64,000 nucleotides of DNA, taken from the NCBI GenBank assembly GCA_963736005.1, contig CAVTNB010000003.1, forward strand, positions 256,001 to 320,000. Direction: 5' to 3'. Source of the stretch: an uncultured Pseudomonadota bacterium. GTDB lineage: Bacteria > Vulcanimicrobiota > Vulcanimicrobiia > Eremiobacterales > Eremiobacteraceae. This document shows positions 49,298-58,530 of the stretch, piece by piece. The notes beneath the pieces are model-generated. The model was given only the letters and a program-made list of their open reading frames with translations, did not search any database and was not told the DNA's origin. Position 1 is the first letter of the stretch; each line of letters opens with the position of its first letter. The position numbers were made by a program, and so were the translations under genes.

Positions 49298-49557
49298 TCG
49301 CTCGATAATCCCTCCGCTGACGGGGGAAGCGCGAGTCGACCAGTGATCGTTAGATCCTGCACGCGCAGCGACTTCACCGCAAGCTCGCCGACCTCGAGCT
49401 CCCCAAATCGGGCGCTGGCGACTGTGCTTTTGCGTATCGCGACCACACCTAGCGCAAGCGAACCGATAGCCAGTGCACCGATTGCAAACGCGCCTATAGC
49501 GAGCGCACCCAAGGCAACTGCACCGGCGCTGGCCCTGCTGATGTTGGCACTCTGCAT
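49294..49557 (-). CDS. Small protein with GAxA(I/L) pentapeptide (Gly-zipper-like) repeats
   Basis: GAVAL-GALAI-GAFAI-GALAI-GSLAL-GVVAI; RBS AAGGAG. Confidence 0.7.
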   Translation of the reverse strand: MQSANISRASAGAVALGALAIGAFAIGALAIGSLALGVVAIRKSTVASARFGELEVGELAVKSLRVQDLTITGRLALPPSAEGLSSD

Positions 49558-49736
49558 AGCAGTGCTCCTTGCGGAAAGCTACACGGGCGGAATGGTCCAG
49601 GACGAATCCGATGCGTGCAAGGTTCCGCAGAATCCTTTGCAAGCTTGCGCTCAAGTATAATCGTACGCACACAATTGCAGCAGTTTGGGGCGCCAGTCTC
49701 GTCGAACTCCAGGCGACATTCGGGCCGAGGTGTGTT

Positions 49737-51020
49737 ATGAGCCGGATGACGGCGGTATGGTCCATTTTTCTGGCAATCGGTGCCGCGTATGTTGTCGCGT
49801 GCGGCGGTAACAGCGTTGCAACCTCCGGCCAAGGGGCAGCCTCAAGCCCCACACCAGGCGGTAGCAGCAATCCGGCGCCAACGACAAATCCGAACATTCA
49901 TATCGGTTCGGGCTTCGTTTCGAATACGATCGCGTCGGTGCCGAGTGCTCGCGAAGTTGCCGCGTTGCCCAATGGCGATTTGCTCGTCGGTACAAGCGGT
50001 GCACAAATTTATATCGTTCCTAATGCCGAGAGTGCGGGGGCAGCGGGGGCAGCGTCAACATTTATCACGCTGCCAGACTCGCCGGCTCAAAGCGTCGCCC
50101 TTTCGGCCGATCACTCGGCAATTTATGCTGCGACACAATACGGTGTCTATGAGATTCCGTACCATCTGGGCGATCAGAGCGAGCCGAATTCCTCCGCTGT
50201 CAAAATTGCCTCGGTTCGCACCGGTTCGATCTCACCGGGTTCCGACGGTGACGTTCACCACACGAGCTCGGTTGTGGCCTCCGCGTCGACCCTCTACGTG
50301 GGTGTTGGTTCGTCGTGCAATTCTTGCGTCGAAGTAGATCCAACTCGCGCAAGCATTCAAGCGATGAACCTGGACGGCAGCAGCATGCACACAATTGCGA
50401 CGCGAATTCGCAATCCCATCGCCCTTGCGATCAATCCAGCGACCGGAGCCCTGTGGGCAGCTGGTGCAGGTCAAGATAACCTACCCTACACCCACCCGTA
50501 TGAGTTTGCTGACGCCGTCACCCTGCAAACCGGTTCGCCCGTCGACTACGGCTGGCCGGATTGCGAAGAGAATCGCGTTGCATATAAGACGGGGGCTGAT
50601 TGCTCGTCGGTTGCCGTCCCTCGAGTGGAATTTCCAGCCTACGCAACGCATATTGGAGCCGTCTTCTATCCGGCAAGTGCGACTGGCGCCTATGTCTTTC
50701 CGGCGTCGATTCGTGGCGATCTTTTTGCGTCTTCCCACGGATCGTGGCATTGCTGCCCTTCAACTGTGCCCGAAGTGGCATACGTTCCAATGAACGGTGA
50801 TACTCCAAGGACCGCTGTGAATTGGTCGAATCCGGCGACGCAGTTGGTGCCTTTCATGTGGGGCTTCGGAACGAGTGCGAATACAAACTACATCGGTCGT
50901 CCGACAGGCGTCACCGTCGGATCGCAGGGGAGTTTGTTCGTCGCGGATGATCAAGACGGCGTGATCTATCGCATTCGACCAGCATCGAACGTGACGTCGC
51001 GGTTGCATAAACAGCGCTAA
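49737..51020 (+). CDS. Glucose/sorbosone dehydrogenase-like beta-propeller lipoprotein
   Basis: Lipobox VVAC; VGSSCNSC, IRNPIALA, YGWP, HGSW and GRPTGV..GSLFVADD motifs. Confidence 0.82.
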   Translation: MSRMTAVWSIFLAIGAAYVVACGGNSVATSGQGAASSPTPGGSSNPAPTTNPNIHIGSGFVSNTIASVPSAREVAALPNGDLLVGTSGAQIYIVPNAESAGAAGAASTFITLPDSPAQSVALSADHSAIYAATQYGVYEIPYHLGDQSEPNSSAVKIASVRTGSISPGSDGDVHHTSSVVASASTLYVGVGSSCNSCVEVDPTRASIQAMNLDGSSMHTIATRIRNPIALAINPATGALWAAGAGQDNLPYTHPYEFADAVTLQTGSPVDYGWPDCEENRVAYKTGADCSSVAVPRVEFPAYATHIGAVFYPASATGAYVFPASIRGDLFASSHGSWHCCPSTVPEVAYVPMNGDTPRTAVNWSNPATQLVPFMWGFGTSANTNYIGRPTGVTVGSQGSLFVADDQDGVIYRIRPASNVTSRLHKQR

Positions 51021-51176
51021 CAAATTTCATTTCGTTCTTGGGGAAGATAGCGCGTCCCACACTTTGTCCCCCGTTCCATTTGCGCAAGATTAAAACTTGA
51101 TCTGGGACGTTTAGCCCCTGACCGTCCGTGTGGTTTGGGAAAAAGATTAACGTCATCCAGAAATGGGGGCCAACTA

Positions 51177-52268
51177 ATGAGAAAACTTGCTTTCCTTGTA
51201 ATGATTACGACTCTGACGGTGCTGATCGCAGTGGCGCCGACACCGTCACTGGCGCAGGTCTCGATCGGCGTCGCGATTGGGATCAACATCGGACCGCCTC
51301 CGGTTCCTGTCTACGTGCAGCCACCGGTGCCAGCTCCGAATTACATCTGGACGCCTGGCTATTGGGCGTGGAGTCCCGATGGCTACTACTGGGTTCCGGG
51401 AACGTGGGTGCTCGCGCCGGCCCCTGGCTTGCTGTGGACACCAGGTTACTGGGCTTGGGATAACGGCGCGTACGACTGGAATCCTGGCTATTGGGCACCG
51501 CAAGTCGGTTTCTATGGCGGAATCGCCTATGGCTACGGCTACTTCGGCTATGGTTACGTTGGTGGCGAGTGGCAAGACGACGACTTCCGCTACAATACAG
51601 CCGTGACGAACGTCAACACGACGATCGTGCGCAACGTGTATGTCGACAGAACCGTCATCGTCAACAACACGACCGTGAACCGAGTCTCGTTTAACGGCGG
51701 CCCGCATGGGATTCAGGCTCGGCCGACCTTGCGCGAACTTGCCGTGGAGCATTTCGAACGCCACGACCCACCTACCGCGGCACAGGTGCAGCACCAGCAA
51801 ATCGCGGCCGAGAACCGGAACTTCCTGGCGAAAGTCAACCACGGCCGGCCAGCAGTTACGGCGGTTGAGCGCCCGCTGACTCGCACGAACCTACCCCGCA
51901 ACTTCGTGGCAATTCGGCCGCAGCACTACGTAAGTGCGAAGCAGCACCTTGCGCAAACCCGCAAGTCCCAGACTGCCGCGCACCTGCAGGTTGCACGCCA
52001 TTCGCAAAGCGTGGCGCACCCGCAGATTGCCCGACACCCGCAGAACGTCGCACATCCGCAGGTGGTCCGGTATACGCAGAGCAGCACGCGTCACCAGGTT
52101 GCCCGCTATACGCAAGGCGTTGCGCACCCGCAGCCGGTCCGACATCCGCAGAGCGTCGTGCATCCGCAGGGCGTGCGGCCTCCACAGGGCGTCATGCACG
52201 CACAGACTGCCCGTCCGCATAGCGTAGCGCATCCGGCTCCGCATCCGCACGCAACTGGACACAGCTGA
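51177..52268 (+). CDS. YXWGXW-repeat secreted protein with His/Pro/Gln-rich tail
   Basis: YIWTPGYW, YYWVPGTW, LLWTPGYW and YDWNPGYW repeats; signal peptide. Confidence 0.88.
   Translation: MRKLAFLVMITTLTVLIAVAPTPSLAQVSIGVAIGINIGPPPVPVYVQPPVPAPNYIWTPGYWAWSPDGYYWVPGTWVLAPAPGLLWTPGYWAWDNGAYDWNPGYWAPQVGFYGGIAYGYGYFGYGYVGGEWQDDDFRYNTAVTNVNTTIVRNVYVDRTVIVNNTTVNRVSFNGGPHGIQARPTLRELAVEHFERHDPPTAAQVQHQQIAAENRNFLAKVNHGRPAVTAVERPLTRTNLPRNFVAIRPQHYVSAKQHLAQTRKSQTAAHLQVARHSQSVAHPQIARHPQNVAHPQVVRYTQSSTRHQVARYTQGVAHPQPVRHPQSVVHPQGVRPPQGVMHAQTARPHSVAHPAPHPHATGHS
51969..52220 (+). repeat. Degenerate 18-bp coding tandem repeat (14 hexapeptides, consensus QxVxHP)
   Basis: Gln every sixth residue: QTAAHL QVARHS QSVAHP QIARHP QNVAHP ... 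QTARPH. Confidence 0.8.
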
Positions 52269-52292
52269 TCATCCGCTAGGCGAGCTTCGCCG

Positions 52293-52332
52293 ATCCATAC
52301 GCCGGGCGTATCACGCCCGGCGTATGGATTTT
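52293..52332. terminator. Hairpin terminator between convergent genes
   Basis: Perfect 17-bp stem ATCCATACGCCGGGCGT / ACGCCCGGCGTATGGAT, loop ATC, followed by a T-run. Confidence 0.75.
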
Positions 52333-52335
52333 ATC

Positions 52336-53232
52336 TCAAGCGAGCCATTCGGGATGTAGCTCGGTACTATCAAAATGCGGGCTTACTTTGTAGAGCTCGG
52401 ATTCGCCGTTTTTAGCAGCCTTTGAAGTTCTTGCCAGGAGCTCCACACGTTGCTCTGGCGTCATTGGCGTGAAGGTGTCGATCACGTCTAGTGCTTGTTG
52501 CAAGATTGCCATAGAATCGATCCCCGTGATCGTGACGCTCACTTGGAGGCTCATGGCGTAACGCAGGCACTCTGGTGCGCTGACCGTGTTACTTTTCAAA
52601 ATGAATGGATCACCCATGGGCTTCATACCGAGAACGCCCATCTGCTTCTGCAGCGCCATTGGAAGCACGGTGTGCTCGAAGCTATGATAGTGCGCATCCA
52701 TTACGTTGAGAGGCATTTGTACCGTGTCGAAGCGGAAGTTGTGTTGATCTGCAACCTCGAGCATGTGTCTGTGGATCTCAGGACTCTTGTGGCCAGTGAA
52801 GCCAATGTAGCGTAACTTTCCTTGGTCGCGGGCGCGAAGGACGGCTTCTAGCGCTCCACCTGAGGCGAAAATTTGCTCGGGCTCTTGCATGCGAATCACT
52901 TCGTGGAACTGCAAAAGGTCTACGTGATCGGTCTGAAGGCGCTGCAACGACTCCTCGACCTGTCGCGTGGCGCCTTTGGCGGTGCGGCCATCGATCTTGG
53001 TCATCAGGAATGCCTTCTCGCGATAACCGTCGCGCAGAGCGTTGCCCATTCGTCGTTCGCTCTCGCCCTCGCCATAGTCCCAGCTATTGTCGAGAAAGTT
53101 GATGCCATGATCCAGCGCTGTACGCACGATGCGGATTGCAAGCTGCGCATCCTGTGGCTTACTTAAATGGAAGCCACCGATCCCCAAGATTGAGACGCGC
53201 TCACCGGTCTGACCGAGCGTCCGGTATTTCAT
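52336..53232 (-). CDS. Aldo/keto reductase
   Basis: MKYRTLG, GINFLDNSWDYG..SE, SLQRLQTDHVDLLQFH and YIGFTGH. Confidence 0.92.
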   Translation of the reverse strand: MKYRTLGQTGERVSILGIGGFHLSKPQDAQLAIRIVRTALDHGINFLDNSWDYGEGESERRMGNALRDGYREKAFLMTKIDGRTAKGATRQVEESLQRLQTDHVDLLQFHEVIRMQEPEQIFASGGALEAVLRARDQGKLRYIGFTGHKSPEIHRHMLEVADQHNFRFDTVQMPLNVMDAHYHSFEHTVLPMALQKQMGVLGMKPMGDPFILKSNTVSAPECLRYAMSLQVSVTITGIDSMAILQQALDVIDTFTPMTPEQRVELLARTSKAAKNGESELYKVSPHFDSTELHPEWLA

Positions 53233-53369
53233 GCAAAACCTCCACATTAAGAGTGCTCGACGAGCCTTCACCCCTGCGTTGCCCCCTCCTCGCGAGTCGT
53301 GACCGAAGGAGAATGCTCGCTTCGGAGGGTACGGGTGTTGACCTTAAGCTAGAGATGAGGGTGAAATTA

Positions 53370-53750
53370 ATGGCTACCGCAAGCAAAATTGGAATCCGAG
53401 GCGTCGATACGACAGCGTACTTGGTCAAGGACCTCGACCGCGCCACGAAGTTTTACACTGACCTGTTGGGCTTTGCCCCGACGCTTGACTTCCAGCCTAT
53501 TGGGGTGGAATGGACGTTTCCGACGGGCGAGACTTTCGGTATCGTCAAGCCACCGAATGCGCCTTGGGAAAAGGGTGGCGGGGTTCACTTCGGAGTTGAT
53601 GATATCAACGCGACGGTTGCAGCCTGCAAGGCGAACGGAATTTCGTTCGAAGATGACGCGAAGATTTACGAGACCCCTGGCTGTTTTCTGGCATTCGCCT
53701 TTGACAGCGAGGGGAACGATTTCATACTCCATCAATTAAAGCCGCGCTGA
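53370..53750 (+). CDS. VOC/glyoxalase family protein
   Basis: YLVKDLDRATKFYTDLLG..FGVDD..ETPGCF..DSEGNDFILH. Confidence 0.9.
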   Translation: MATASKIGIRGVDTTAYLVKDLDRATKFYTDLLGFAPTLDFQPIGVEWTFPTGETFGIVKPPNAPWEKGGGVHFGVDDINATVAACKANGISFEDDAKIYETPGCFLAFAFDSEGNDFILHQLKPR

Positions 53751-53757
53751 CCTGGAC

Positions 53758-53793
53758 GTGGGTGGCCGCTAGCCCGTTAGCGGCCCAACTCAC
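53758..53793. terminator. Stem-loop downstream of VOC gene
   Basis: GGCCGCTA / TAGCGGCC stem with an extended imperfect GTGGGT / ACTCAC base; no U-tract. Confidence 0.4.
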
Positions 53794-53886
53794 CCCAGTG
53801 ATACTGGCCACAACCGACCGGGTCTTTTCATAGGATCCTCACGAAATTCACCGCATCCTAAACGTCGCTGTGACGATGTTTAAGAC

Positions 53887-55245
53887 ATGTTCAGCGCGTT
53901 TCGCTTCTACCTGGCCGTCTTGTCGGCACTCGTCCTTGCCGTAGGTATGGCTTTTTCTGGGTGCGGAGGCGGAGGCTCGACGTTCCCAAGCACGCCTAAC
54001 TCGGCAAGCCCGACACCGGCAGCGTCAGCGACCGTGCCACCGGGTACGATCTATCAAAGTCTCTACAACGCCATAGCGCCCGAAGTCAGTGGCTTTACAA
54101 CTTCCGTCGACCAGAGCTGTCCAAATCCCGGCAACTCGACCGAAGTTTTCGCGGAAGACAATGCGGCGAACAGCAACACCATTTTCACATGGCTGCCAAA
54201 TAAGTCGGCAGCAGAGGTCACTGCCTCAGTCACGAACGCGATTGACTATGCACAATCAATGCAGCAGATGATGGGTATCCAAGGAGTCACGATTGACATC
54301 TCCTATCCCATGCTCGTGAACAACGCGGCAAATCTTCCCAATTCCAATTTTACGACCCAAAACTACTCCGCATATCTTAACTACTACCAGCGAGTTGTCT
54401 CTGGCATTCAAGCTCTTGGCATGAAGGTGAACGTGGAAACGAATATCATCTTTCCGTCGTTACTCACGCCGCCGCAAACGCCAGCGCAATACTACAACGG
54501 CTTGACTGAGACCATGCTCGAAAATGGAGTTGCGGAAGTTGCCCAGCACGTTATCAATGACATCAAACCAAATGATATTGATCTTGCAACCGAACCGTCG
54601 ACGATCGATTACAACACAGGGCTTTCAGGAATCGACACCCCCAGCGGTTTTGCCAGCTACGTCGCCGCAATTCAGGCGCAGATTTCAACCACTGGCTCTT
54701 CAACCATCGAGGGGGCTGGTTCGGACGATTGGGAAACGTACACTTTCTATGCCGACCTGCAGACCAACGGTCAGTCCTTCCAGCACTTCGATATTCATAT
54801 CTACCCGCCCGATTTTCTTCAAACCAATGCGATAGCGTATCTGCAAACTCTAAAGTCAACGGGTGTACCCACATTCGTCACGGAGAATTGGATCGACAAA
54901 GAATCTCAATCTGTCGACCACATGATTATCGTTCAGTCGACCACGATTGAAATTCGTGACGCGTACTCATTCTGGGCGCCGCTCGACGCGCAGTACGTCA
55001 CGACGATACTTCGCTTAGCCAACTGCAACAATGCGCAATTCATCAGCTTTAATCATGTGAATCAACTGTTTGCTTACATCGAATATAATTCGACCACTGC
55101 AAACTACACCTACCCACAAATGCAACAAGCTGAAACATCAGCACGCCAAGCTGCCATCGCAGCCAACACGCTCACGCCCGCCGGTGACGCCATTCGCGCG
55201 TACTTCGGTCTGACGCCCCTTGCTCGATCCAGGCACTCTCGTTAG
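53887..55245 (+). CDS. Lipoprotein, putative glycoside-hydrolase-like TIM barrel
   Basis: Lipobox FSGC; DLATEP, DIHIYP and FVTENW resemble GH-A clan catalytic strands. Confidence 0.55.
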   Translation: MFSAFRFYLAVLSALVLAVGMAFSGCGGGGSTFPSTPNSASPTPAASATVPPGTIYQSLYNAIAPEVSGFTTSVDQSCPNPGNSTEVFAEDNAANSNTIFTWLPNKSAAEVTASVTNAIDYAQSMQQMMGIQGVTIDISYPMLVNNAANLPNSNFTTQNYSAYLNYYQRVVSGIQALGMKVNVETNIIFPSLLTPPQTPAQYYNGLTETMLENGVAEVAQHVINDIKPNDIDLATEPSTIDYNTGLSGIDTPSGFASYVAAIQAQISTTGSSTIEGAGSDDWETYTFYADLQTNGQSFQHFDIHIYPPDFLQTNAIAYLQTLKSTGVPTFVTENWIDKESQSVDHMIIVQSTTIEIRDAYSFWAPLDAQYVTTILRLANCNNAQFISFNHVNQLFAYIEYNSTTANYTYPQMQQAETSARQAAIAANTLTPAGDAIRAYFGLTPLARSRHSR

Positions 55246-55306
55246 CGCAGCCTGACTCTTCGGGCCCGGAGGATCGGACCGTCCACAAAAGGGATATTCT
55301 GGGTCC

Positions 55307-55915
55307 ATGCCGCTGCAAAACAGGGTTACTCCATTTGGCGAGATCGTCGCGCTCACTGGGCGTGGCCTCGTGATGGGTAACCGTGGCATCTTGCATGATG
55401 ATGAGAGGCGCATAGTCCGATACTCACAAGTGCGACGCTGGTTGGCCTGCCGAACAGAGTTCCGTGGAATTCGCCGCGTCATCATGCGGCCGCACTCGTA
55501 CACCGAACTCTTTTTTCTCGACGAGGCGACCGCGTTCGCCGCAGGGCATAGGCCATGTGCCGAGTGCAGGTACGCTGACTATCAACGATTCCGAACCCTA
55601 TGGGCGAATTGCCATGGCGAGCCGGTGAACGCTGACCTCATCGATAGACAACTCCATTGTGATCGGCTCGCCGGACGGCGCGCCAAACGTACCTACCTGG
55701 GTGATCTCGTCAATCTTCCAGATGGTGCATACATCGCCATGGACGATCGCGCGTGGCTCGTCTGGGGCACCACACTTTTCGGCTGGTCAGCGCTCGGGTA
55801 CACGGAACGGCGCCGGCGCTCAACACACGGCAAGGTAGACGTGCTAACTCCGCGGTCTACGGTTGCCGTCTTGGCGGCCGGCTACCGTGTGGCTATCCAT
55901 CCGAGCGCGACGTAA
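55307..55915 (+). CDS. Conserved hypothetical protein with Ada-like GHRPCAECR motif
   Basis: NRVTPFG, MGNRGILH and YTELFFLDEATAFAAGHRPCAECR. Confidence 0.75.
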   Translation: MPLQNRVTPFGEIVALTGRGLVMGNRGILHDDERRIVRYSQVRRWLACRTEFRGIRRVIMRPHSYTELFFLDEATAFAAGHRPCAECRYADYQRFRTLWANCHGEPVNADLIDRQLHCDRLAGRRAKRTYLGDLVNLPDGAYIAMDDRAWLVWGTTLFGWSALGYTERRRRSTHGKVDVLTPRSTVAVLAAGYRVAIHPSAT

Positions 55916-56270
55916 GTCGCTGGGCGATTTGCCAATCGTTGCCGCACGGGTCCTTGACCATCGCGCGGCGATCCCCATACGGCAAATCTTGCGGTCCCTC
56001 CAGCGACACGGCACCTGCTTCCAATGCCCTCCGGTAGGTCGCATCGACGTCATCAACATAGAGGTAGAGAAAAGCAGGCATCGGATCGCGCGGACCGACC
56101 CCATTTACCATGACCATCGAGTCGCCAATTCTCAGCTGCGACGGTGTGTCCGTGGCAAACTCTCCTGTTGCGCCGAACGCGTGCTTGAGGAACCGTACGA
56201 GTTTGGCCGGATCCTGAACCACCAGCCGAGGAGTGATGCTATGCCAACCTTCAGGAATCGATTTCGCCAT
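55893..56270 (-). CDS. VOC (PhnB-like) family protein
   Basis: IPEGWHSITPRL, LRIGDSMVM, YVDDVDATY and YGDRRAMVKDPCGNDW. Confidence 0.9.
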   Translation of the reverse strand: MAKSIPEGWHSITPRLVVQDPAKLVRFLKHAFGATGEFATDTPSQLRIGDSMVMVNGVGPRDPMPAFLYLYVDDVDATYRRALEAGAVSLEGPQDLPYGDRRAMVKDPCGNDWQIAQRLTSRSDG

Positions 56271-56708
56271 CTAACGTACAAATCGCACGGTGATCGGATA
56301 GCGGTACGGTTCGCCCTTATTCGTTCGAACCGACGCGATAACCACGCTTACGAAATCGATAATGATAAGAATTACGAAGAAGAGCATGACCACCAGCAGG
56401 AGGATTGGAGGATAAGGCTTGGCTACCGATCCGTGAACTGTTAAGGCGATCGCAGAGATGAAGGTTGCAATATAGGCGATCATCAGAACGAACCAACAGA
56501 TCGATATAAGAATCTGAAAGTTCAATGCTTCACGCCCAGCGAACGCGATGAACGGATCATCGTCCTTCTTGATGAGATAGACGATCAGAGGACCTAAAAT
56601 ATTGCCGAACGGCGCTCCTAAGAATATGGCAAACGCAGAGAGATGACAGACGGTTGCCCAATTGCGCGCGTTGGCGTCGGGTAGAGTCGATGCTTCAACC
56701 ACGAGCAC
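56271..56708 (-). CDS. DUF4870-like membrane protein
   Basis: WATVCHLS, GPLIVYLIKK, EALNFQI and GEPYRYP. Confidence 0.85.
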   Translation of the reverse strand: MLVVEASTLPDANARNWATVCHLSAFAIFLGAPFGNILGPLIVYLIKKDDDPFIAFAGREALNFQILISICWFVLMIAYIATFISAIALTVHGSVAKPYPPILLLVVMLFFVILIIIDFVSVVIASVRTNKGEPYRYPITVRFVR

Positions 56709-56829
56709 GTCCTTCCATCAACAAGTCTTTATATCCGTCAGATTAGAGTTGTTAAGGGCCCTAGGGTGGAAAGGCATCGCCATATCAAGCCTGCACAAGA
56801 CTTGCGCGTCATGAAAATGAGGAGCAAAT

Positions 56830-57984
56830 ATGTTCATGCACCGGCTGATGATATCTCTCGTTGCGCTTTTGACCATCGCTTTTCTAGATGTTCCGACCGC
56901 GGCAATGGTACAACCCGGGCAGCCGTCTACATCGATCAGTCAACCGGCACCGAGCGGACTCGCGGTCGTTATAGAGGATGTGCCGCAAAGCTCATCATTA
57001 GATTTGAAAACATTGAATAATCCATATATCAGCGGCGTTGCCTTGCAAATCCACTGGAGCGACATCGAGCCTGTCGAAGGGAAACCGGACTGGTCGAAGC
57101 TGGACGCACTGTTCGCCGCAGCGCAGACCTCAAAGAAATGGGTGCACCTCCTCATCTTCCCCGGCTTCTTTACGCCTGCGTGGGCGCTCAAGGGCGTAAA
57201 AACCGAAATGTTCGCAATCCAATATGGACCCGGACACGGCACAGTCGAGAAACTTCCGATGCCCTGGAATAAGCTCTACCTCAACCGTTGGTTTGCATTC
57301 TTGAGTCAACTGAGCACTAGGTACGGAAACTCGCCTGCGTTTAGAATGGTTGCAGCAGACGGACCGACGTCGGTTTCTGCGGAGTGCACATTACCAAACA
57401 CGCCGAAGGATCTTAAAAAGTGGCAATCTCTCGGCTATCTGCCGTCTAAATACATTGGGGCATGGCAGCAGGTCTTCCAAGTTTATTCAACCGACTTTCC
57501 CAATCAATACATTTCTTTCTCGGCAGGGGCCGGGCAAGTGGGCATCAATGACCAGGGCCAAATCGAGCCAGGAGGTCAGGCCAGCACGAGACAGGCCATC
57601 GTCGACGCAGCGATGACCACCTTGGGTCGCCGATTCGTCCTTCAGTCGAGTAACGTGCATGCCGGCGCTGGTCCACACAGCCCCAATTCAGAAACTGATG
57701 ATAAATTTGTCATTGACTATAGTGGACGCGTTACTACGGGTCTGCAAATGCGCAGCGCCGCCGAGAACAGCAGCGGCGTGATGGGTGCTCAGGGAAATGC
57801 GCCCCTGGCCTTGCGAAGATCGATCGATCTTGCCATGGAGCCGAACTCTTCGGGTCAACATATAAATTATCTGGAAATTTATGAACCCGACGTGTTGGCT
57901 GAGGAAATGCAATCCGTGCTGAGTTATGGAGCGTCCCTCTTCAAGCCTCGGCCGCCCGTGCTGCCTCGGACTACTCCGCAATAG
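56830..57984 (+). CDS. Secreted glycoside hydrolase-like protein (beta-galactosidase-like N-domain)
   Basis: Signal peptide; WSDIEPVEGKPDWSKLD, TPAW, PMPWN and YLEIYE. Confidence 0.65.
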   Translation: MFMHRLMISLVALLTIAFLDVPTAAMVQPGQPSTSISQPAPSGLAVVIEDVPQSSSLDLKTLNNPYISGVALQIHWSDIEPVEGKPDWSKLDALFAAAQTSKKWVHLLIFPGFFTPAWALKGVKTEMFAIQYGPGHGTVEKLPMPWNKLYLNRWFAFLSQLSTRYGNSPAFRMVAADGPTSVSAECTLPNTPKDLKKWQSLGYLPSKYIGAWQQVFQVYSTDFPNQYISFSAGAGQVGINDQGQIEPGGQASTRQAIVDAAMTTLGRRFVLQSSNVHAGAGPHSPNSETDDKFVIDYSGRVTTGLQMRSAAENSSGVMGAQGNAPLALRRSIDLAMEPNSSGQHINYLEIYEPDVLAEEMQSVLSYGASLFKPRPPVLPRTTPQ

Positions 57985-57995
57985 TCTTACTGCCC

Positions 57996-58484
57996 TTATT
58001 TCGACGAAGTAGTACCCCACGTCCAGCCCTGCGCTTTCCACGCAGCGCCCGTTTTTGCCAGTACGAACGTCCAAGTTCCAGTTTGGGTAACCGGCTTTCC
58101 ATTTTGCACGGCGGTGAAGATCGTCGGCACAACCATATAAGCTCGATTACCAGTCTGCTCCCAAAATTGAATTGCCTGATGCGTGACGTGCGGCTTCGTC
58201 ATATTATTGGCCTTCATCCATTCGTTAAAGCCGACCCACCATTTGGCACTGGCACCAGGGCCATCCCAGCGGTAGGGAGAGAAGTTGTCAAAGATGACTG
58301 CGTCGGCCGTGTGTGCACTGTTCCACGACGACTCGTTACCGGCATTGAGGGCGTTGAATGTCGTGACGATGGGCGCCATCAAGGCGCTGCTTGGGCCTTT
58401 GGTTGCTGCCTGCGATAAGGACATGAGCGTACCCGTCAAGGCGATTATCAGCGCGCAAGCGGCAAAGCGAGAATCAACCTTCAT
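57996..58484 (-). CDS. Secreted NTF2/SnoaL-like protein
   Basis: Signal peptide; FNALNAGN..AVIFDNFSPYRW..TFVLAK...WK. Confidence 0.75.
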   Translation of the reverse strand: MKVDSRFAACALIIALTGTLMSLSQAATKGPSSALMAPIVTTFNALNAGNESSWNSAHTADAVIFDNFSPYRWDGPGASAKWWVGFNEWMKANNMTKPHVTHQAIQFWEQTGNRAYMVVPTIFTAVQNGKPVTQTGTWTFVLAKTGAAWKAQGWTWGTTSSK

Positions 58485-58530
58485 TGAAGTCCTCTCCTAA
58501 CATTGGGGCCTCCTTCGACGGAAATGGTGC

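Noticed and set aside
48326..49897. 523-aa ORF as a fusion protein
   Set aside because: The N-terminal ~200 aa overlap two other credible genes and look non-coding. OCD homology starts near 49297.
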